Positions 57,804 through 64,000 of a DNA stretch of 64,000 nucleotides are shown one piece after another. Position 1 is the stretch's first letter, and the number at the start of each line of letters is the position of its first letter. The DNA comes from a virus (taxonomy: Duplodnaviria > Caudoviricetes). The notes below the pieces were generated by a model. The model was not told the origin of the DNA, did no database searches, and was given only the letters and a program-made list of their open reading frames with translations. Both the position numbers and the translations under genes were made by a program. The DNA is taken from positions 64,001 through 128,000 of IMG/VR virus record IMGVR_UViG_3300030330_005258, one strand, 5' to 3'.

Positions 57804-58003
57804 TGAGTAAAGAACAAAAGCAAGCACTACTCGACAGAGGCATACAAAAACTAACTTCCCGCAAACTACTTGTGTGGCTTACTGCCACAGGTCTTATGAT
57901 GTGGGGCGGACTAGAATCAGCAGACTGGGTTATCATATCTGGTCTTTATCTCGGTGGTCAATCCGTAATTGATGCTATTGTAAAATTAAAAGGACTAGAA
58001 TAA
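57800..58003 (+). CDS. Putative holin (67 aa, two TM helices)
   Basis: SRKLLVWLTATGLMMWG...WVIISGLYLGGQ; upstream of a spanin-like pair. Confidence 0.5.
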   Translation: MMSKEQKQALLDRGIQKLTSRKLLVWLTATGLMMWGGLESADWVIISGLYLGGQSVIDAIVKLKGLE

Positions 58004-58019
58004 GTTGAAAGACCAAACA

Positions 58020-58526
58020 ATGAAGATTACAAAGACTAGATTAAAAAAAATTATCAAAGAAGAACTTGATATAGTTTTAAAGGAATACCTAACTATGGAA
58101 GATGCCCCACGCTATTTTGCTGGGAAAGCCATAGGCGCCCTTAAAGCAGCACGAGAAATGTCCAATCGTTTCGCAACAGCAAAAGGTTATGCAGCAAAAG
58201 GTCAGTCAATCCGTAAATCAGAACTTGGAAAACTTGAAAAGGAAGTTGGCGGCACTGCCAGAGATTACTGCCGCGAGGTCGGCAAAGAATTCTATAGAAT
58301 AGCAGACCAGATGTCTTCAGCAATGGCTTACAAGTCAGGTGCTGACTTTGCTGATTTTGAACCTAGACTAAAAGAAATAGGAAAAAAATTAATTTCAGCC
58401 TCAAATGCAATGATAACCGCCCCCGAAGGTGGCGCCAAAGAATTTAAAAAAGCAGTAGATCAATTATCTCCCGAATTTGATGACCTTATTAAGATTGGTT
58501 ATGAAATTATTGAAGCCAACTCTTGA
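58020..58526 (+). CDS. MKITK-tag protein
   Basis: MKITKTRLKKIIKEELD. Confidence 0.7.
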   Translation: MKITKTRLKKIIKEELDIVLKEYLTMEDAPRYFAGKAIGALKAAREMSNRFATAKGYAAKGQSIRKSELGKLEKEVGGTARDYCREVGKEFYRIADQMSSAMAYKSGADFADFEPRLKEIGKKLISASNAMITAPEGGAKEFKKAVDQLSPEFDDLIKIGYEIIEANS

Positions 58527-58529
58527 AGT

Positions 58530-58916
58530 ATGAATCTGAAACAAAAAATACTATCTTTTTGTCTAAAACACTGGAAGGAGATCGGGCTTGTCCTGCTCCT
58601 TCTTGTTGTATTTGGCAAGTCGCAGTATGATGTACGCAACATTATCAAAGCACACGAGATTGCCGAGCAGTCCTTGAAGGATCAGATAAGCACCTTACAA
58701 TCCCTCCACACCGAAGAGTTGCGCTTACGCGATGAAGCCCTTGAACAATATCGCATAGAGATAGAAGAGTTAGAGTTGGAATACGAAGCACGACAAGCCG
58801 AGATAAAGGACTTAACGAGAGCAGAAAAAGAAGTTATAATAAAAGAGTTCAAACAAGACAAGGCTCTGATTATACAGCGCTTTGAAGAGACCTACGGATT
58901 AAGATATGTTGAATAG
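58530..58916 (+). CDS. Membrane-anchored coiled-coil protein (i-spanin-like)
   Basis: N-terminal TM (IGLVLLLLVVFG) followed by a long heptad helix. Confidence 0.5.
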   Translation: MNLKQKILSFCLKHWKEIGLVLLLLVVFGKSQYDVRNIIKAHEIAEQSLKDQISTLQSLHTEELRLRDEALEQYRIEIEELELEYEARQAEIKDLTRAEKEVIIKEFKQDKALIIQRFEETYGLRYVE

Positions 58917-59316
58917 CCTAATGTTGCTTGCTTTACTCTCGACCGCAAGCGCCGAGGACTTTACAGTCCTCGCAGAAGACCAGCCCGCCCCATTTGAGGG
59001 CGTTCTGCTTAGCGTGCCTGCTGCCGCAGAGATATTGACAAAGCACGAGGAAGCAAAGCTGAAGTGCGATCTTGAAGTAGAGTTTCAACTTGACAAGGCA
59101 GCCTCTCAATGCAAACTTGATAAGGAACTTCTTGAAGCACGCATAGTCACACTTGACCAACAACACGCCGAGATTGTGGCGTCAAAAGATCTTGTGATCG
59201 AAAAGCAGCAAGCGATTATTAAGAAGCAAGCACCACATCGTAAGTGGCTTTGGTTCGCAGGTGGCGTTGTGCTTGGCGGCGCTACTTACTACGGCATTCA
59301 GCAGGCGGCTAAATGA
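58906..59316 (+). CDS. Secreted coiled-coil protein with C-terminal TM (spanin-partner-like)
   Basis: Signal peptide ending ASA-ED, PAPFEGVLL, two Cys, C-terminal WLWFAGGVVLGGATYYG. Confidence 0.5.
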   Translation: MLNSLMLLALLSTASAEDFTVLAEDQPAPFEGVLLSVPAAAEILTKHEEAKLKCDLEVEFQLDKAASQCKLDKELLEARIVTLDQQHAEIVASKDLVIEKQQAIIKKQAPHRKWLWFAGGVVLGGATYYGIQQAAK

Positions 59317-59693
59317 GCAAAGACCCAGATTACATTGTTAGAGTAGAGCAAGCCATCGCCAAGAAGTATGGTGAAGAAGCAATCCAGAATCCCAAAGCAG
59401 AATGGGACGAGAATAAAGAGAAAGTTTATCTGGAACAGATGCGAGAACTCTACAAGAAGCAAAAGAAAAACGACGAAGCCAACGATAAAGTAGAAGTAAA
59501 TGGTATAAAGGTTTCAAGAAAACTACTTAATAGAGAATCCAAGACAGGGTGTCCTGTTTGTGGTGCCTTCTCACATTCCGCCCGTGATGACGTATCGCTC
59601 GTAAAGTTTGGCTGCTGCTACAAGTGTTATATCAAGTGGGTTGAAGGAAGGGAAGAAAGATGGCAAAAAGGATGGAGACCAAATGAAGGCTGA
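59313..59693 (+). CDS. Hypothetical Zn-binding protein
   Basis: CPVC...CCYKCY..WVEGREERW. Confidence 0.65.
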   Translation: MSKDPDYIVRVEQAIAKKYGEEAIQNPKAEWDENKEKVYLEQMRELYKKQKKNDEANDKVEVNGIKVSRKLLNRESKTGCPVCGAFSHSARDDVSLVKFGCCYKCYIKWVEGREERWQKGWRPNEG

Positions 59694-59994
59694 CGAATTA
59701 AGAGAACTAATCAGAGAAGTTTTGAAAGAACAAGAAAAAGAAGAAACTCCGACTGACGATAAGAAGGCAACCAAACTTAAGACTGGTTCGATGTCTGGCT
59801 CTCAACGACTAAAAAAGTCAAGAGAAAGAATCACCGACACATCAAACGAATTCACTCCACAAGAACAAAAGATTGTAGATCAGCTTGAAAAGTTTATTTC
59901 CGATCTCGCAGCCAAAGAAGGAATAGATCTCCTACAACATAGAGCTTTCTTAGAGAAAGCTATGAAATTAATTCAACAAAGAATTGTAAAATAA
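59683..59994 (+). CDS. Hypothetical protein with related LRELIRE tag
   Basis: MKADELRELIREVLKEQE; GGAG SD. Confidence 0.6.
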   Translation: MKADELRELIREVLKEQEKEETPTDDKKATKLKTGSMSGSQRLKKSRERITDTSNEFTPQEQKIVDQLEKFISDLAAKEGIDLLQHRAFLEKAMKLIQQRIVK

Positions 59995-60000
59995 AAACCA

Positions 60001-60009
60001 ACTATTTAT
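60001..60009 (+). promoter_or_regulatory. Putative late promoter ACTATTTAT
   Basis: Intergenic, heads the 60027-terL-portal run. Confidence 0.65.
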
Positions 60010-60026
60010 TTCAAAGGAATACCACA

Positions 60027-60575
60027 ATGGCAACAGTTTACGAAATCGTCCAGGCGCTATCACAAGCCGCAGCAAACGCCTATGACGGAGCACATGATGC
60101 GGACGGCAAGCCAATCCAAGCAGGTCTACAGCGGGAAGAAGGCGAGCCACTCATTGACAAGCGCGTCATGGACGGCTTCAATGTTAGATTCCACGGTAAC
60201 ATCATGCGTCTATCCTACATGTCCGAAGTTCACCTAAAAGAAGTATATGCTAACGGCTTTGAGTCTGATATAGAACAGCGCATGGCTGACATTGTAAAGT
60301 TTCTGAAGAAAGAAGCCCGAAAGGCTGGCGGCGGATCTATCTCACTCGCTAAAGAGGGAGAGATTGATATCCGTGTTGAAAATTCTTCAAGAGTCCGTTC
60401 TTGGGTAACAGCCGTTATGGATTACAAGATTGGCGGCATGGAAGCGGCATCTGTCGTTGGCGAAGCAACTGAAGATAAGCTCGCCGCAGGTTGGGAAAAG
60501 TTCATGTCACAGGGCGGACTTGGTACCCGTCCTCCAAATGACAAGAGACCAGCAAACTCTGGCAAGAAAGAATAA
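60027..60575 (+). CDS. Hypothetical phage protein upstream of the terminase
   Basis: Preceded by ACTATTTAT and an AAGGA SD. Confidence 0.7.
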   Translation: MATVYEIVQALSQAAANAYDGAHDADGKPIQAGLQREEGEPLIDKRVMDGFNVRFHGNIMRLSYMSEVHLKEVYANGFESDIEQRMADIVKFLKKEARKAGGGSISLAKEGEIDIRVENSSRVRSWVTAVMDYKIGGMEAASVVGEATEDKLAAGWEKFMSQGGLGTRPPNDKRPANSGKKE

Positions 60576-60585
60576 AGAAAGATGA

Positions 60586-62166
60586 ATGCCAAGATTAACG
60601 AAACAACAAATACTCAAAGAAGTTGTTAAGTGCGGTAAAGATCCTTCCTACTTCCTGAAAAACTATGCCCGCATCTCTCACCCGATGCACGGGCTTATGT
60701 TGTTTAAGACATACGATTATCAGGATAAGCTACTAGACGACTTTAACGACTATCGATTTAACATCATTAACAAGGGTCGCCAGCTAGGCATCTCAACAAT
60801 TACGGCTGGCTACATTGTTTGGATGATGCTGTTTCATCGCGACAAGGCTATTCTTGTTATGGCAACCAAGTTTGATACCGCAGGTAACTTGGTTCGTAAA
60901 GTCAAGAATATCATGAAGAACCTTCCTGACTGGATCAGGATCGCAAACATTACAACTGACAACCGCACGTCCTTTGAGTTGTCCAACGGCTCCACCATCA
61001 AGGCTGCTTCTACCTCTGGCGATGCTGGTCGTTCAGAGGCTCTATCGCTTCTTGTTCTTGACGAGGCTGCCCACATTGAAGGCTTGGACGAACTTTGGAC
61101 TGGTCTATACCCAACGCTATCAACTGGTGGTCGCTGTATTGCTATCTCAACTCCAAATGGTGTTGGTAACTGGTTTCACAAAACTTGTACAGGTGCCGAG
61201 AGTAATGAAAATAATTTTAACCTCACTACCCTTATGTGGGATGTACACCCAGATAGAGACGAAGAATGGTTCAAAAAAGAAACCAAGAATATGTCCAAAC
61301 GCCAGATTGCACAGGAGTTGGAGTGTAACTTCAACACGTCTGGTGAAACTGTCATAGATCCGTCAGGTATTGACTGGATGATGTCGTTGGTGCGAGAACC
61401 AAAGCACAGAACTGGATTCGACAGAAACTTTTGGATTTGGGAAGAGTACGATCCAACTTGCAACTATCTTCTTGCAGCCGATGTGGCAAGAGGCGACGGT
61501 GCAGATAGCTCTACGTTTCACATTCTAAAACTTGAAACGATGGAGATTATTGGAGAATACCAGGGTAAACCAACACCCGACCTGTATGCCAATATGCTAA
61601 ACCAAGTTGGTAGAGAGTTTGGCAATGCGATGATGGTTGTAGAAAACAATTCTATTGGTTATACAGTGATCGATAAACTTATAGAGTATGGCTATCCTAA
61701 TCTTTATTATTCAATCAAATCTACACACGAGTATATAGACCAGCACTTGGGCGAACACAGAAGCGGAGCGATTGCCGGATTCTCCACTACAACCAAGACT
61801 AGACCCCTGATTGTAGCCAAGTTGGAAGAGTTTATAAGAAACAAACTAATTAAGACGTATTCCTCACGTTTGGCAAATGAATTTAGAACATTTATTTGGA
61901 ACAACGGGAAACCACAAGCAATGCGAGGGTATAACGATGATTTGGTAATGGCTCTTGCGATTTGTTGTTGGGTCCGAGACACAGCAATACAATCAAACTC
62001 CCGAGACCTAAATTACCAAAAAGCTTTTGTTGATGCTATTATGACTTCTAGAACAACGTTGAACACCCAGATAAAGGGACAAATTGGCTACACAGGAGAA
62101 GACACAACTAGTAAAATGAACGAAGCAAAAAATCTATACTCCCAATATATGTGGATAATTAAGTGA
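60586..62166 (+). CDS. terL: Terminase large subunit (T4 gp17-like)
   Basis: KGRQLGIST (Walker A), LVLDEAAH (Walker B), ISTPNG, nuclease ADVARGDGADSS and DDLVMA. Confidence 0.95.
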   Translation: MPRLTKQQILKEVVKCGKDPSYFLKNYARISHPMHGLMLFKTYDYQDKLLDDFNDYRFNIINKGRQLGISTITAGYIVWMMLFHRDKAILVMATKFDTAGNLVRKVKNIMKNLPDWIRIANITTDNRTSFELSNGSTIKAASTSGDAGRSEALSLLVLDEAAHIEGLDELWTGLYPTLSTGGRCIAISTPNGVGNWFHKTCTGAESNENNFNLTTLMWDVHPDRDEEWFKKETKNMSKRQIAQELECNFNTSGETVIDPSGIDWMMSLVREPKHRTGFDRNFWIWEEYDPTCNYLLAADVARGDGADSSTFHILKLETMEIIGEYQGKPTPDLYANMLNQVGREFGNAMMVVENNSIGYTVIDKLIEYGYPNLYYSIKSTHEYIDQHLGEHRSGAIAGFSTTTKTRPLIVAKLEEFIRNKLIKTYSSRLANEFRTFIWNNGKPQAMRGYNDDLVMALAICCWVRDTAIQSNSRDLNYQKAFVDAIMTSRTTLNTQIKGQIGYTGEDTTSKMNEAKNLYSQYMWIIK

Positions 62167-62174
62167 GAAACTAA

Positions 62175-64000
62175 ATGGCACCTAAAAACCCAAAGCAAGG
62201 CAAGAACCCTGCAAACAGAGATTCGCAATTATTCAGATCTCTTACTCGACTGTTCTCTGGACCTATTATCAGCTATCGCTCCGAGTCTGGTCGAAAGATA
62301 CGCAGACAACATCTTGATAAATATTCTACAAGATTTAAATCTGCGTCAGGGCAGCAATTTAAAAAACAGTCCTATAACCCACTAGACACAATTGCGGCAA
62401 ATGCAATCGCAAACCAACGCAGGTCCGAGCGTTATATTGACTTTGACCAGATGGAGTATATGCCCGAGCTAGCTTCTGCCCTTGACATCTACGCAGACGA
62501 GATGACAACATTCTCTTCTCTTTCTCCGATGCTCAACATCAGATGCCGCAACGATGAAATCAAGGCTGTTCTAGATATTCTCTACCATAACGTGATGAAC
62601 ATTGAACACAACCTCTTTGGTTGGTGCCGCACAATGTGCAAGTACGGAGACTTCATTCTATATCTTGATATTGATGACGAGATAGGTGTTCAGTCTACAA
62701 TTGCCATACCACTGCAAGAGATTGAGAGATTAGAAGGTCTTGACGCCACAAATCCGAATTACATCCAGTATCAGTGGAATTCTGCTGGCATGACGTTTGA
62801 GAACTGGCAGATTGCTCACTTCCGCATTCTTGGTAACGACAAGTATTCTCCATACGGCACTTCTGTTCTTGAGCCTGCGCGTCGTATCTGGCGACAGCTT
62901 ACCCTAATGGAAGACGCAATGATGGCTTATCGTATTGTTCGTTCATCCGAGCGTAAAGTATTCAAGATTGATGTTGGCGCCATTCCACCACAAGAAGTCG
63001 AACAATACATGCAGAAGATTGTTACCCAGTTGAAGCGTCACACAATTGTAGACAAGGACACTGGGCGCATCGACCTGCGCTACAACCCGCTCTCTATTGA
63101 AGAGGACTACTATATTCCTGTTCGTGCTGGCTCTGTGACTGATATTCAGAACCTCGGAGCAGGACAGAACACAACCGCGATTGACGACATCAAGTATCTT
63201 CGCGACAAGTTGTTCTCAGCTATCAAGATTCCACAAACCTACTTGACCATGGGCGAAGGCGCACAGGAAGATAAAACTACCCTTGCTACTAAGGACATAC
63301 GATTCGCTCGCACAATTCAGCGCCTACAGCGTTCAGTCCTACACGAGCTAGAAAAGATTGGAATTATTCATCTTTATACTCTCGGCTACAGAGGCGAAGA
63401 TCTACTAAACTTCAAGCTGTCTCTCAACAACCCAAGTAAGATTGCTGAGTTGCAAGAGCTTGAACACTGGAAGACCAAGTTCGATATTGCTGCATCTGCA
63501 ACTGAAGGCTATTTCTCACGTCGCTGGGTTGCTGACAATATCTTTGGCATGTCCCACGAAGAGTTCCTACGCAACCAGCGTGAGATGTTCTACGACCGCA
63601 AGCACGACACCGCACTTGAGGGTGTTGCTGAAGCTGCTGCCGCAGGCGGCGGCGAAGCTGGTGGTGGTGGACTTGACCTCGGTGGCGACGAAGGTGGTGG
63701 CGGTCTTGATCTTGGTGGCGGTGACGAAGGTGGTGGAGAACTTGACCTCGGTGGAGACGAAGGCGGCGATGAAGGTGGTGGCGAAGACACCGCGCTTCTA
63801 GCAGCCCCTCCAGGCTCCCGTGACTCACCACGATTGGCACCATCACTCGGCAAGCGCGCGAGATCAGGTAAGAAATATGTGACTAAGGGCTCTAAAGGCA
63901 AAGTTTATCAAAAGGTCGCAACAGACAAGAGACCATCCGGGGCAAGAACTCGCAACTACGCAAGTATCCCAACCCCCGAAATGAACACCTATCGGTCAAA
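62175..64000 (+). CDS. Portal protein (T4 gp20-like), runs off the window end; absent from the ORF track
   Basis: Hand translation: MAPKNPKQG...ASALDIYADE...YGTSVLEPARRIWRQLTLMEDAMMAYRIVRSSERKVFKIDVG...EEDYYIPVR...DDIKYLRDKLF...DIRFARTIQRLQ. Confidence 0.93.
   Translation, partial: MAPKNPKQGKNPANRDSQLFRSLTRLFSGPIISYRSESGRKIRRQHLDKYSTRFKSASGQQFKKQSYNPLDTIAANAIANQRRSERYIDFDQMEYMPELASALDIYADEMTTFSSLSPMLNIRCRNDEIKAVLDILYHNVMNIEHNLFGWCRTMCKYGDFILYLDIDDEIGVQSTIAIPLQEIERLEGLDATNPNYIQYQWNSAGMTFENWQIAHFRILGNDKYSPYGTSVLEPARRIWRQLTLMEDAMMAYRIVRSSERKVFKIDVGAIPPQEVEQYMQKIVTQLKRHTIVDKDTGRIDLRYNPLSIEEDYYIPVRAGSVTDIQNLGAGQNTTAIDDIKYLRDKLFSAIKIPQTYLTMGEGAQEDKTTLATKDIRFARTIQRLQRSVLHELEKIGIIHLYTLGYRGEDLLNFKLSLNNPSKIAELQELEHWKTKFDIAASATEGYFSRRWVADNIFGMSHEEFLRNQREMFYDRKHDTALEGVAEAAAAGGGEAGGGGLDLGGDEGGGGLDLGGGDEGGGELDLGGDEGGDEGGGEDTALLAAPPGSRDSPRLAPSLGKRARSGKKYVTKGSKGKVYQKVATDKRPSGARTRNYASIPTPEMNTYRS
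63660..63786 (+). repeat. Imperfect tandem coding repeat (GGGLDLGGDEG x3) in the portal C-terminal tail
   Basis: cttgacctcggtggcgacgaaggtggtgg / cttgatcttggtggcggtgacgaaggtggtgg / cttgacctcggtggagacgaaggcggc. Confidence 0.85.

Noticed and set aside
60586-60630. TerL N-terminus MPRLTKQQILKE resembling the MKITK tag
   Set aside because: Spacing differs and it lacks the KEE end; ordinary TerL N-terminal helix
63660-63786. Possible CRISPR-like or DNA-level repeat array
   Set aside because: Imperfect, codon-phased, no unique spacers; explained by a peptide repeat
3-63901. All minus-strand ORFs and short alternative-frame plus-strand ORFs in the track
   Set aside because: They are shadows of long, motif-bearing + strand genes; none has a recognisable motif or its own SD context
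63424-63901. His/Arg-rich and Pro/Ser-rich ORFs (63424-, 63442+, 63590-)
   Set aside because: Alternative-frame readings of the Gly-rich portal repeat
1-64000. Stop-codon reassignment, introns/inteins, tRNA genes or intrinsic terminators
   Set aside because: Genes read through intact in code 11 with all three stops used; TerL, primase and portal show no obvious insertions; intergenic gaps are very short and show no cloverleaf or hairpin plus U-tract that I could identify

Overview
A 64-kb piece of a large T4-like (myovirus-type) tailed-phage genome. Every credible gene is on the + strand, tightly packed with many ATGA/TAATG overlaps. I found no rRNA, tRNA, CRISPR or IS element. Layout: (1) 1-13.8 kb, an AT-rich nucleotide-sugar cluster: GT2 glycosyltransferase, two split ThDP enzymes (E1 alpha/beta-like and transketolase N/C), four SDRs, two aldo-keto reductases with a ParB/Srx-like tail, TylF-type O-methyltransferase, RmlC and an HldE-like kinase/nucleotidyltransferase/HAD/cupin block. 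(2) 13.8-15.5 kb, small genes and a gp55-like late sigma factor. (3) 15.5-48.1 kb, baseplate/tail genes including gp25-like, gp6-like, 2143-aa and 2955-aa proteins. (4) 48.1-54.7 kb, RuvC-like resolvase, primase and a fused SbcD-SbcC nuclease, with sigma70-like promoters before the primase and the nuclease operon. (5) 54.7-64 kb, an FtsZ/tubulin homologue, proteins sharing an N-terminal MKITKxxLKxIIKEE tag, a putative holin/spanin-like set, terminase large subunit and a portal gene running off the window. Best candidate for an undescribed system: a phage-encoded virion glycosylation pathway, i.e. a mirrored double module for a branched or chain-extended sugar (ThDP ligase + Tyr-less SDR + small helical protein + AKR-ParB) plus a dense [ST]-[GAS]-S tripeptide in specific tail proteins that could be the acceptor sequon. 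Other notable signals are the shared N-terminal tag, a CTA(T/A)TTA putative late promoter and the tubulin. All assignments come from motif recognition by eye; no searches were run.
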